This document shows positions 41,201 to 53,029 of a DNA stretch of 64,000 nucleotides, in pieces; within the stretch, counting starts at the first letter, position 1, and each line of letters begins with the position of its first letter. The DNA is from Nageia nagi (Eukaryota > Plantae > Pinophyta), in contig JBITNC010000001.1 in assembly GCA_050084985.1 (NCBI GenBank), positions 159,836,001-159,900,000 of the forward strand, in the 5' to 3' direction. The translations under genes and the position numbers were made by a program. The notes beneath the pieces were generated by a model. That model saw only the letters and a list, made by a program, of their open reading frames with translations, searched no databases and was not told the origin of the DNA.

Positions 41201-42260
41201 TTTCCCATAGGCTTGAAAAACTGCGCCTAGGATTTGAGTGCCTTAAACTTGGTCAAAATCAAAAATTTCAAGTTCTACTTGTGATAAAATTCACCTTATC
41301 TCTCCAATGAAAATCTTAGACCTAAATTCCGACACCATTTGCATTTATCTATGAGAAACATGCACCATTTTTCCCTCATTTGGGTCATTAATGCCTTGGA
41401 AAAATGTGCATTAGGCTAGGGGTACTCAAACTCGCATTTCCGATCCATATAAGACCCAAAATGTGCATTTTCAACCACTCTCAGTATTTTTGAGCTTAAA
41501 CTCGATCAAAACCCCCTTTCCAGTACCTTTGAACTCAAACTCTGCATTTTGGATGATTTTCGAGCTCAAACAGTGCAAAAATGACCATTTCCGCCTTTTT
41601 GAGCTCAAACTCGTCATTTTCTGTCATTTCCAAGCTTAAAGTATTCATTCCGCCCATTTCTAGTATATTTAGGCCTTAAGTGTGAAAAAACGATCATTTT
41701 CGAGCATTTTGATCTCAACTTTGCATTTTTCACCATTTCCGAGTTGTTCGGGCTCAAACAGTGCAAAAACGCACATCTTTACTATACTGACCACTTCTGG
41801 GCTCAAAATTGACCAAAACACGCTTTTTCATGATAATGACTATTTTTGAGCTTTTCACGTTCATACTTGACCAAAACGCTTATTTTAGTCACCTTAGCTA
41901 CATCCATTGCTCTCAAATTTAAACTTGAGAAAAACGCTCATTTTCATCACATGGCACTTGTGAGCTCGAACTCTGCAAAAACGACTCCATCTCCACTGGC
42001 TTCACTCTAGACCCAAAAATCCATGCTCTAATACTCTCTCCCAGATCCTGGCTCCTTGGCTGCAAAATCGATGACTGGATACTTTGATACTCTTCAAGGT
42101 TTTCATCGCAAGATCTCCTTGAATCGCTCTTTGATATCATGTTTGCACTCTTCAGAATGAACTATCCATAAGCCAATTTCAAGGCAATGCACATTATTGC
42201 CTTTGCAAAAATAGGGTCCCCAAAATCTTGTATTTTGGGGTGCGTTGTGCGGGCACAACA
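38287..42260 (-). mobile_element. Large solo LTR (3,974 bp, Ogre/Tat-like)
   Basis: TGTTG..CAACA termini with GTAAG TSD (38282-38286 / 42261-42265); no pol domains. Confidence 0.85.
39780..41420. repeat. Diverged ~181-bp tandem array inside the LTR
   Basis: gcgcctag-like motif recurs near 40315, 40498, 40684, 40866, 41039 and 41223, each preceded by an inverted taggcgc-like motif. Confidence 0.8.
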
Positions 42261-42397
42261 GTAAGAAATGACAATATTAAAGAAAATAAACAGCCAATAA
42301 TATGAAATATCATAAAATTCTCACTTTAATGAAAATGAACGTAGAGTGAAGTATGGAGAATGAATAATGCAACACCAAAATAGTAAAAAAGTATTTC

Positions 42398-42792
42398 CAT
42401 AGTTGTCAAAATTGGAATCAAATCAGAATCGTTTTTCCTGTATCGGAATCGGATATCGGGAATCAGAAAAAAACATTGGTAAAAATCGGAAATAGAAAAA
42501 AATGAAAAAATATGCAATTTCTCATGGAAATTTTAAGTTTTCTCATGCATATTACTGATTACTTGTCTTCCAATAGTTCTAACACATTTACTCAACATTA
42601 AATAACATAGAAATAAGAAATTAACTTTGAGAGGAAAGGGCACCGACATATTTATATTAATCAAAATGTGTCCAGCAGGCAAAAATTGCCAAAATCGGAA
42701 ATTTCCAATTCCGATCTAGACATAATCGTTTTTGGTGTATCAGAATTGGAAATCGCAATTTTTGATAATTTTTGCCGATTTCGATAATAAAG
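42398..42792. mobile_element. Possible MITE / hAT-like relic
   Basis: Degenerate inverted ends catagttgtcaaaattgg..ccgatttcgataataaag and internal atcgga subterminal repeats; no TSD. Confidence 0.4.
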
Positions 42793-42829
42793 CTTATAAC
42801 TCAAACATAAAAGAGGTGTGTAATTATAA

Positions 42830-43110
42830 AAGCTAAAACACCTTCTCTATCAACTACATGGAATCAATGCCTCTATGGTATCAGTTTTGTAGGAGCAGAA
42901 CATCAGGAAAGAAATAATTCCTAAATACTAAGGATTACGAAAGAATAGATGATACATTAGACAGCTAAAATGCATTTTCTCTCCGAATACATAGAATCAA
43001 TCCCCATCTGGTGTCAATTTTGTGGGAATAGAACATAAGGAAAAAAATAGTTTCCAAATACTAAATTTTCAGAAAGGAATAAATGATACATTAAGCAACC
43101 AAAATACATA
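42830..43110. repeat. Old tandem duplication (~132-bp period) near an SS3 donor site
   Basis: agctaaaa..gaatcaat..gatacatta occurs twice. Confidence 0.7.
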
Positions 43111-43256
43111 TCACAAAAAATATGTAAAAATAATATCTTGATTATAAAGCAAAACAGTGATTAGCATTTTTATTATATGGTGCTAGAGGAAAAAGGAAAA
43201 GGAAGCATGCCTTAAATATATCTAATCTCCAAGAGAGAAGTAGCAGCATCACTTAC

Positions 43257-43427
43257 AGTGGTTGCCTTGTGTGCATTTGCCATCGCCTTGCCAATGAGAG
43301 CAGCTCCAAATTCAAGATTATGAATTGTAAACACAACACGAGTGTTTGTCAGGCCATGATGTTTATAATGCTCTTGAAACAGCCATGCAACTGGTGCACT
43401 TGTCCAGTCATGGCAGTGTATAATATC
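43257..43427 (-). CDS. SS3: Soluble starch synthase III, internal exon (171 bp)
   Basis: Translates DIIHCHDWTSAPVAWLFQEHYKHHGLTNTRVVFTIHNLEFGAALIGKAMANAHKATT, with the GT5 HCHDW and FTIHNLEF motifs typical of SSIII; flanked by cag| and |gtaagt. Confidence 0.97.
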
Positions 43428-45402
43428 CTGTCCAATCCATTAGGAAAAGGAAGTATAAAGTCAGGAAAATAAAACATTGCATAGAGTTATTTTGCTTAAA
43501 ACAATGCAGCTGACATGTTGAAGACAAAAAGATGAAAACTGGTTGAAAGCCAATAACAAGTGGGTATAAGGTTAACTAATATGGCAACTTGATAGTTCCA
43601 ATCTTATATTTCCATTTATACTTGACCACTAGCATCTATATATAAAACCACCACGTACATTGTAGGAACCAAAAAAATATCAACCACGATACTTTCTTTG
43701 CTTGTACTGTTCCACATAAATCAATGTGTGAGAATGTGATAGATGTATAAAAAGATTATCTCAGCAAATATACACAAAGAAATTAAGAACACCACAAATT
43801 AGTCAAACAAATTTGTATTAAAATGAACATAACAAACACATGAGCTTTCTTGGACTACTTTACACATGAACAAGCTGTTGAAACTCGAAAAAAAAACATT
43901 GAAATGTCATACATGACCCTTTGGTGTGACATCTTTCAATAGTGAACATACGCCAAACCCCTAGACACTCCCAAAATTGAAATGAAAGAAAACAATGTTA
44001 TATTTTTAAATCAAAGATGATCATTATATTAAGGTGCTTTATGAAGGCATATGATAGCTGAAACTAAAATATGACAACTAACTGAAGATTAGGAAAAAAA
44101 TCTTTTCCAACATGGACAAGGATGAATAGACTTTAAAAAACTAGCCCCTCCTAACAACATTATTTGTATGACTATGCAATGAGAAGGATATCACCTTTAT
44201 TTTAATATATAGTATTATAAAAGGAAAAAAACTAAATTAGCACCTAATCACATCAGGTATTACTTATAATATGTCCCGTCATCATTCCTTCAAATCCTTG
44301 CAATGACGAAAGCATTGGCCTTCAATGCATGTAAACTAAAGTGGTCTCCAAGGGGGCAATTCCAAGACTTTAAAAGTGTAAAAGTAACTGTATTGACAAC
44401 ATCAACCCATAGTGGCTATAACTTGTAGAAGAGAATGAAGTGTTGAAGAAATAGTAATTCTACGAGAACACAAACCAAAAGAACCATACTGAATGAGTCA
44501 CAAATCCAAAGTACAAGTTGCAAAGGGTGTGAGATGTCAACAAATTGTAGCAGAAGTTGAAGAGGCAGCATGGCATGAACAAGCCTGATGCAAAAGAAAT
44601 AGTCGATGTGTTGAAAAGTCAACCGATGATGAGAAAAAACAGAATCTTATTAGAAAGATCCATCACTATCAAAGGAACCACAATGAAGGAGTTGCAGATT
44701 CAAAGGACCAAGCCACAAGGGCAAGGAGGTACCAACAAATTGAGTAAAAGTTGAAGAGCCAACATGGCACAAACAACCCTTAAGTGGAAGATATAGCTTG
44801 ATATGTCAATAAGTCGAGAGATGATGAGCAAAAATAAGATTCCATTACAAAAATCCATCACAATGAAGCAAATTGCAGAACAGGGTTTGTAAGTACTACC
44901 CCAAAGAAAGGAATATGCAAAGCATAACATGCAACAATTGCCACCTAGATCAAAAGAAAACCCTAATCGCTAGAAAGAATAAGGGTGCCAACCTATATGG
45001 TAGCGATAAGAACACCTCCCAACAAGAAAATGAAGACTCCTCAAACTAGTATTGTGAGGACAAAAAGATTTTCAAATTTTGAATTGCTATGTAGGAAAAA
45101 GGAATATTGTTTAAGTCAATTGCTAAGAAGAACTTCAAAAGGTGAAAAAGTTCAAAGGTAGCATCCATAAATGCATGAAGATGACTATGGGAAGGAGGAA
45201 GAGAACCTCAAATATTTCAACAAAAGATGGGTCACTGTGAGAAATAATGCATGTCTTCTAGAAAAATATTAATAATTGCAATTAAATCATTTAAAAAATA
45301 CTCCAAAAACTAATGTGGATTGAATGAAGTGGAATAAATATTCAAGGACAAAATACAATGGTGACATGGAAACACTCATGAAGCTATCTGAACTCAGAAT
45401 CA

Positions 45403-46219
45403 TGTAATGTCCCCAAAATAAAATATATAAAACCCTAGCTGAAATATTATGAATTTATCCAATAAAAGTTCTAATCTATGCAATTAATAATAAGATCAGA
45501 AAATACTGCGGAAGATTAACACAAGAAACCCCAAAGTGACGGATCTAGCCACACAAATCTATCAAAAATATGTTGCAAGTATAAATAGACAGACCAGCCC
45601 CTAAACATGACAAATCCACCTCCAAAAATACACAAGATGATGCCCTAGGCAGGACATCCTCCTCTAAGAGACAGATCACACAGCAAATAACACACTCAAG
45701 AACCACAAAGTGCTCCAAAATTGGAGATGTTCACTCCACAAATCCACTGAAATCTGTTTCTGCTAAAAATCACCACTCAAACCCTCAAACTGGAATCTTA
45801 AAATCTATAATCAATGATGCCCAAATGGTGAACCCTGAATGGATTCACTCACTCTCAACCAAGAAACAAGAGTGCAACCCTTGCCTACAAAGTTGAAAAC
45901 CTCCTGAAGATCTATGGTACAGCCCTAGTCCGCAAGACGAAGTGTAAGAGTACAACTCTCACGAAATCACGATATAATCAACACACAATAATCCCCCAAA
46001 TAGAGTGCTCTAGCAAATTTATATATCAGGTTTTTTAATCTCACATTAAGTGGTCCCCACAACTTAACACCACTTTATGTTATGTTTCACATTTATTTTT
46101 AATACCCATCACACTACTAATATTTCTAAATGGTGTGTCCCACTTTGACTTGTCTAATTTGTCATTTTGATGAATAGAACTAAGTGGGGTCCACACAAAT
46201 TACCAAAGGGGACATTACA
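45403..46219 (-). repeat. 3' LTR (817 bp) of a gene-capturing element
   Basis: Perfect 12-bp terminal inverted repeat TGTAATGTCCCC..GGGGACATTACA; purine tract tttgggagggacagta immediately upstream on the minus strand. Confidence 0.88.
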
Positions 46220-46824
46220 ATACTGTCCCTCCCAAAATTACTTGTCCTCAAACAATATCAGCATAATCCCTATACTATTTGGCTGGGCCAAATGGAAACC
46301 AACTGAATGCCTAATGAAGAAATGCAAAAGCAATGTCAACATATTCTCAACATCTCCTGACTGAATTAAACTAAAACCAGTAGTGATTCCAGGGTCACAA
46401 ATCAACTGTATATCAGCATCAACATACTCTCTTTTCTCTAGCAATGACATGTTCTTTCTTTGCAGAAGACAAAACAGTGATAACACCTTCAACTTTGACA
46501 CTTGAATGCTTTTGATTATGTTCCGCATTATGCAAATCATACTCAAGTAGACCATATTCATCTCCATCAACTGTCTATGCTATCATTGTAGTAGTTATTA
46601 ATAACATCTTAATACCCATCAACAAAAAATGATCAACCTCTTCATGACTGCTGCAACTCTCTATAGAGTGAACAGCACCATTTTCCACAACAAATACAGT
46701 AATGTATAGCTTCTTTTCATCTGTCATTAATTGATTGATCTCAAATTCCAAACTCTGCAGTTTCTCTTCTTGTTTAATTCCTCAAGTCCTCTCCTATCTT
46801 CTTAGTTCTATAGCTTCTTTCTTG

Positions 46825-46930
46825 GCGAAGCAACTTCACATAGGCCTGATCTTTTACAATACAACAAAGCTCAAATGGTATGTATCTTTTATTTTTCTCC
46901 AAGTTCCTATTGATATCCAAACTAAGAAAA
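46825..46930 (-). pseudogene. Probable second Argonaute fragment (PAZ end / L2 linker)
   Basis: LSLDINRNLEKNKRYIPFELCCIVKDQAYVKLL resembles AGO PCLxx..NYLPMELCxIVxGQRYxKxL. Confidence 0.55.
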
Positions 46931-46944
46931 ATACCATCTGCAAG

Positions 46945-47145
46945 TGCCCGTTGATAATCTCCAATATACACTACTTTACTTGGAGCCACATTAAGCTGAT
47001 CTAGAGCAATTTGAATGATTTGTGGTGCAAGCTTTTAATGGCCAATTTTTGAACATATAATGATTGCATTGAATAGTTTAGTAACATTCAACTCTTACAA
47101 GATTGGCCTCAGACGAAAGTCAAAATTTGAGAAAACAGTCAATTT
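46945..47145 (-). pseudogene. Captured HAD-superfamily hydrolase (HDHD3-like) fragment
   Basis: VFSNFDFRLRPIL*ELNVTKLFNAIIICSKIGH*KLAPQIIQIALDQLNVAPSKVVYIGD matches HAD motifs II-IV (SNFDxRL, EKP, HVGD). Confidence 0.78.
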
Positions 47146-47207
47146 ATCATCAATTAAGTATTGTTGGTGAAATGAACCAAAACCCTACGGAGAAACAATA
47201 TTGTCAT

Positions 47208-48354
47208 AAATTCGGCATGTAGCAAGCAAATTCCTCCATATGGATGATTTAGGTTGGAATGGCATTTTATTCAAAAAGCCCTATGCCTCTTCCAGGCATC
47301 CAAACCTGCTAAGGAGATCAACCATACATACATCTCTAGATGTCACACCATAACATTGATTCATAGTAATAAAGTAGTCACAACCTTCATCTACTAAGCC
47401 TAAGTGAGTGCAAGCATAGAGGATACCAACAAAAATGATATGATTTGGCTCTATCCCAACTTTTTGCATTTCTCTAAAGAATTCCAAAGCCTCTTCACCA
47501 TACGCATGTTGTGCATGCCCACTAATCATTGCATTCCATGAGGCAATATCTTCTCTAAAAATTTTCCTAAACACAACACAGGCATCATCTATGCTACAAG
47601 TCAATGAGGTTGCTACCTGCAATGCCACTTGATTCAAATCCACATAGAATAATATGCACATGGATCTTTTTGCCTTGTTGTAATGTAGTCAAGCCAACAC
47701 ATGCTTTAAGAACACTGGAAAGTGTGAGATTATCAGGTCTCAAGCCCAAATGTTGTATTGGCATAACAGTTCCAGAGCTTTGTTGCCCTCACCTTGGTTA
47801 GCATATCCAACAATGACTAAACTCCATGCAACCACATCCCTTTTGGGGATGTCAGTAAAGACATTAATTACAATTTCAACCATGCTACAATTCATAACCA
47901 TATCAACAAGTGTTGTTCCTACGTAGAGATTTGATTCAAACCCTGTTTTAATGACAAGGGTATGAACCTGCATGCCCTATTCTATAGCTCCCAATTCAGC
48001 AAAGGCTTTGAAGAGAGTAGCAAATGTGAACTCATGCATCTTTACATATGTCATATGCATTTGTTGTAAGAGTGTTAAAACTATCTCATGATGCCCATTC
48101 TGAGAATATCTTGCCAGAATTGTGTTCCATAACACCTTATCCCTCATAGTCATTTGGTTAAACACACAGTATGCATCTTTTATGTGCCCACATTTTGCAT
48201 ACATGTCAATAAGAGTGTTCCATAAAGGAACATTAACATCAGTTTGAAATTTTGTCACACAGACATGTGCTAGCTTTCCTATCTCTGGCACTAGACTTTT
48301 AGAGTACGCATTTAGAATACTCCCAAACATGACATGGTTAGGAAATATGGATGT
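47208..48354 (-). pseudogene. Captured PLS-class PPR fragment(s), ending at the start of the E domain
   Basis: LWNTLIDMYAKCGHIKDAYCVF, SWNAMISGHAQHAYGEEALEFFREMQ, CMVDLLSRFGCLEEA, IWRNLLATCRIY; stops and frameshifts. Confidence 0.92.
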
Positions 48355-48438
48355 CTCAGCAAATTCAATCCTCTTGTCTGCTTCTAACATTGTAGTTACT
48401 CCATCAAGGAAAGATAATTTATGTTGTGATAGTTCTCC

Positions 48439-48573
48439 ATACTTCAAGAACGAAAGCCAGTCCATACTTGCAGCAATAGTTAATATAGATGGCCCACTTT
48501 CATCCCCAATCCTTGAATGTGATACGTTGACACCAATGATTAATGAAGGCACTTCTGATATGAAAGGTAGACT
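48439..48573 (-). pseudogene. Captured Argonaute PIWI-domain fragment
   Basis: LPFISEVPSLIIGVNVSHSRIGDESGPSILTIAASMDWLSFLKY aligns with the AGO consensus [44 protein letters not shown]; the catalytic D reads N. Confidence 0.82.
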
Positions 48574-48780
48574 TTTCTTCTCTTCAACTAATATAAACAC
48601 AATGTTAATCTCAGCTTGCCTTAAGATGTATTTGAAAACATTCTTTCCAAGGGTATCATAAAGAGGAACATGGATAATATCATGACTACAACAGGTCTCC
48701 ACTGCAACCCATGCGTGTACAACAGCTCCTACTTTCAAGACCTGATCATAAACCTCCCTTTGCCATACATATTTGCAAGC
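48574..48780 (-). pseudogene. Captured long-chain acyl-CoA synthetase (LACS) fragment
   Basis: KYVWQ-REVYDQVLKVG..WVAVETCCSHDIIHVPLYDTLGKNVFKYILRQAEINIVF..EEKK, with the LACS VPLYDTLG motif and no intron. Confidence 0.85.
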
Positions 48781-49315
48781 AGCCAAAGATACTAGGAAAA
48801 CATCATATGCCTTGTTCACAGTCCCTGTCCCTTCCATTGTTGGGTTAAGTGACTCCACCAACTAAAGTCTTTCTTGTCCAGCTCCTTCATATTGGAATGA
48901 TGTCATTGATGTATATACCATCTTCCACAATTGGACTACAGAGATCATTGTTGTGTTTTGCTCCTTCCATGGTGGTGCATTAGGCATAAACTCATCAAAA
49001 TCAGATGGTCTTTCAACAGTGACTTCATAATTCTTCCAAGTCTCAAATGCTTCTTCTCCAAAGTTCGTCCCATCTTCAATGCTAGACCATTGATCAAGGT
49101 CATGCAATTCTAATTTGTCTTCAACAATTTCTGTTTTGAACTCTTCTTTGTTTAGGGTAGGTACAACTTCAATTTTCTGCACAAGTCTTCTCTAGATCTG
49201 CAAACTCTTCTTTTTGATGCACAGTTTCAATTCCATGTTCATCTCCCAAAGTTGATTCATCAACATAGTCATCAAAAGAAGAATTTGCATCTTCTTCCCC
49301 AATCTCTTCATTACC

Positions 49316-49510
49316 CAAGAAAGGTCTCAACTTCTTCTCACATTGTTTAACAACATTGTTGATCAGTCTATGTGCAGCAGTAGTAGCAACCAAATTTCAC
49401 CTCCAAACATCCAATAACATAGATAAGAGTGGCTGAGATATATACTCAGTTTCATTTATGATCAAAATCATAAATTTCTCATGGTTGCAATAACATTATC
49501 AACATGTCTC
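49316..49510 (-). pseudogene. Captured PDS5-like (cohesion factor) fragment
   Basis: NVIATMRN/MILIINETEYI/SQPLLSMLL..TAAHRLINNVVKQCEKKLRPFL resembles the PDS5 N-terminal region; frameshifted. Confidence 0.65.
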
Positions 49511-52159
49511 AGTGGTTGTTGGGTTTAAGGAGGGCTCCTTTGGTGGAGAAGAACCAGGTTCTGAGGGAACAAGACTCCCATTCACCATCCGTCCGTACAG
49601 CAATAAGAGAGAAACATTGTGCCCTAGTTGGCCCCTTGGAGACCAATGTCGAGCCCTAGGGGCTTGGTATTGTATCCTTGATCATCATTTATCTTACATA
49701 CAATAGTTGGGAACTTGGATTGCCATATTTGTCTTGTGTTTGCTTTACTACTGCAACGTTGTGGTGTGATTGTTCATCCTTGCATATTGTAGCCAGACCT
49801 TGGCATTTGTCTTGTGTTTGCTTTATTGATATTTGCTAGTCTTGGCAAACATTGAGAATATTGTATTGTTTATGCTTAATCTAGATGACCTAGGTCAAAC
49901 ATTGGAGAACACTTGTACTTTTGAGCTATTTGCACTTGATTTTGTAATTGGATATTTACAATGGTATCAAAGCTCGGATTTGGCCAACTTGTGAATGAAA
50001 CCTAATATTCATAGCTACAACACCAAGTCAAGCATCAGAAAGGAAATGGCATCCACAAGGAAGAGCGGAAAGTCACAAATGGAAGAGACACCTTCTAGGG
50101 CCGCCCAAGAGGAAGATCACCGGCCATGGATGAATGACGTGCCAAATGAGGGCGATTCTGGCGAGCAAAATGAAGTGCCAAGAGGGAGGACCACTTTGGC
50201 TAGGAGGAGAAGCCCTACTCCGGCTCAGGAATCTACATCGGAGAGGCGATTCAATGAGCTAATTTCGGCCATCTATAACAAAATGGTAGCTATCACTTCC
50301 ATGCAGAAGCAGATGAACACCATCCATAAACAAGTCAGAGGTCGAGAAGAGCCAAAGAGGCACATTAGCTCCCCACATCCTATCTAAGATGAAGCAGAAG
50401 AGATACGGGAGGATGATAGAGCAGATCAGGAGATGAGTATGAGGAGATCCTGCAGTTTGAGAGATAAAGAGTCTACTCACCACGGATCCATGGGTCTTCT
50501 AGAACCCACATTCCTGAGATCCCACTCACACAGAGTTCCGCAAGGTACTAACCCTCTCCTAGGGAGGTACCTAGATGAGGACGATGGCAAGATAGGGGAG
50601 CATCCCATAATCCCCAAGCCATCCAAGCCTATGTTTGCCAAGAAGTTCGGGGATGAGGGAAGGAACAGGGTTCCTGGCCCCCTAGAGCTAAATCAGATTT
50701 TCAAAGAGTATTCCATGTTGGATCCGGGGATGAAGAGAGACGTCAACTTCAACAGCTACCTAGAGATCCTAGGGTCGAGAGTAAGCAGTTTATATGGCCC
50801 ACATACTTCGAGCATCTCATGGGGAGATAAGAGAGATTTGTAACAAAAGATCAACAAGATGTAGGTACCATTGTATGATGGCAACAGGATGACAGCTAGG
50901 GCTTAGCTACATCAGCTATAGATCTACTTCACCTTAAGCCCGAATATGGTAGAGGAGGATGCAATCCACTTTGCATCGTTACACTTTGAGGGTGATGCCC
51001 TCGAATGGTGACATCATGGAGTAATCAGCCAAGATTACTAACTCATTACCTCTTTGGATGAGTTTACCAGACGATTGGTGAAGAAGTTTGATCAGAAGAA
51101 GGAGAATGATTACTTCTGAGACTATAGGGTGCAGTGGACGAATATGTGTTAAGAGTTTCAGAAGATTGTAGTCATGATTCACTACATTCCTGAGGAGCGG
51201 TTGACATTTCTCTTCATAGAGGGACTGATGAAGCCGTTGTAGGGAATAGTCAAGGTATCATCACCTAGGAGCCTTGACGATGCCATCTGGGCTGCATACG
51301 ATCTAGAGTCGACCATGAAATCCCTCAAGGGAGGGAAAACGTATAAGTGGCCGGCCACACGGAAGACTTTTGCTGATAAGGAGGGGCCTAGTAAGGCCAA
51401 ACCCTTCCCCCCACCTCGAACGAACCAGTTGGATGCAACGACTTGAAGGAAGTTGAAGGAGTATTGCAAGAAGACTAGGAAGCCAAGGCACAGTTCTCGA
51501 GGCAAGGGGCAGTTACACTACATTGAGGTATTTTCGATGAGGAGACAGATGATTCAAACTTGGATCTTGGCATGGACATGTTAGATCAGGAAGTGCCCAA
51601 AGTGGAAAGCTCATTAGGGAGTATGATCGCTTCACTCCATGGGGTGAAGAAGTACGTCACAATGCAGGTAGTGGGGCAGGCAAGTGGGCAGGATATGATG
51701 GTCTTGATTGATCTTCGAGCATCCCACAACATCATTGATAAAGGGTTTGTAGAAAAGAAGATTCTAAAGACCAAGGGGTTCGAAGGATTCAAAGTTTCCA
51801 ATGCCAATGGGAAACTCACTCTAGTGGACCACATTGTTGAGAAGTTTGGGGTTAAGTTGCAGAGTTACACAGTGAGGGAGAACTTCTATATTTATCCCTT
51901 CAAGGGGCATCCTCACATTATTTTGGGAGTGCAGTAGCTATTCAAGTTGGGTGACATTCACACCAACTATTAGAAACTCACTATGAGTTTCGAGATCGAT
52001 GGGAAGACCCATACATTGCAAGGAATTCATGATGATTTTCCACAGGTGGAAAACAAACAGATGGAGGTGATTGAGAGGTGCCAAAAGGAGGAAGAAGAGA
52101 ATGGGACCACGTTGTACACGAAGGAGTTCAGACATGAGGAGAGGAGCACTGAAGAGCTC

Positions 52160-52665
52160 CTATACCCCATGTTGCATTTCAAGGAGCCTGGATACCTGAC
52201 GTGGAGCTTGGAAGGCCCCTTACACACCATGTTGGAGCTTGGGAAGGTTGGTTATGGCATGTTGAGCTTGGAGGGCCTCCTGCACCTCACGTTGGACCTT
52301 AAGGAGGATTGCCACCAGATGTTGGGCTTGAGGGAGCTTCCACCCCTCACATGGAGCACTAAGAAGGCTTAGAGTTGGATGTTGGGCTTGAAGAAGTTCT
52401 TGCATCCCACATTGGATTCAGGGAGACTTCCACACCTCACATGGGAGGTTGAGCGGTTCTTGAGCATGATGGTAAGCATGGAGGGGGTTGGACATCCCAC
52501 GTTTGATTGGAAGGAGTGTTGGCTTCCCACGTTGGACCTGGGAAGGTTTGCGTACTTGATATTGAGCTAGAAAGCAACTTGGCACCCCACATTGAAGGAT
52601 GGGGAGGTTCTTGGCTTCACATTGGCAGTTGGGGAGTTTGGGACCCCAAGTTGAGCTTGGGGAAG
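52160..52665 (+). repeat. 30-bp / 10-aa tandem array (~17 units) of copy D
   Basis: Units like cctcacgttggaccttaaggaggattgcca; in the same frame as the protease ORF for most of the array. Confidence 0.88.
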
Positions 52666-53029
52666 ACTTGGCCTTAGATATGAAGCAAAGGCTCCACCTA
52701 GTTTTACTCACACATGATTTACTTGAGGTTTTCACAAGTACATTCTTCCGAAGGCTTCCATGTGCATGCACTCCCATGTTTCCTAAGGATAACAATGTGG
52801 CATATGATGAGGAGTGATAGCAGCAGCATATCAAAAATTTTGTATGCACTGTTGACACATGAGGATGCCGCTTCAGCTTTCACACAGGACCTTCATCATG
52901 AAAGGGACATATTGAAGGTGCATTCCACTATGGCAGATTACAGTCAACAAGGCTGAAGGATTCTTGAAAGACAATACGCTACAACATTCTACCATTGCTT
53001 AAGGGCAAGCAATTCGATAGGAGAGGCTT

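Larger units (their letters stand above)
21727..43256 (-). other. 21.5-kb GT-AG intron of SS3 filled with LTR retroelements
   Basis: Exons on both sides join in phase (..KATT|VSYTY..) as in the SSIII protein. Confidence 0.92.
45403..49510 (-). mobile_element. 5'-truncated non-autonomous LTR element carrying a mosaic of host-gene fragments
   Basis: LTR plus PPT; the internal region holds PDS5, LACS, AGO, PPR and HAD fragments and no recognisable pol domain. Confidence 0.8.

Noticed and set aside
48355-48438. GELSQHKLSFLDGVTTMLEADKRIEFAE as a PRP40 FF-domain fragment
   Set aside because: Only a weak resemblance by eye; left unassigned pending BLAST.
48783-48812. KAYDVFLVSL as a TIR-domain start
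   Set aside because: Only a 5-residue match (YDVFL) with no following SFRG; too short to call.
47977-48861. 294-aa ORF as a functional PPR gene
   Set aside because: No ATG start, N-terminal half is made of LACS and AGO pieces, downstream PPR motifs have stops and frameshifts, and it sits directly upstream of a PPT and LTR.
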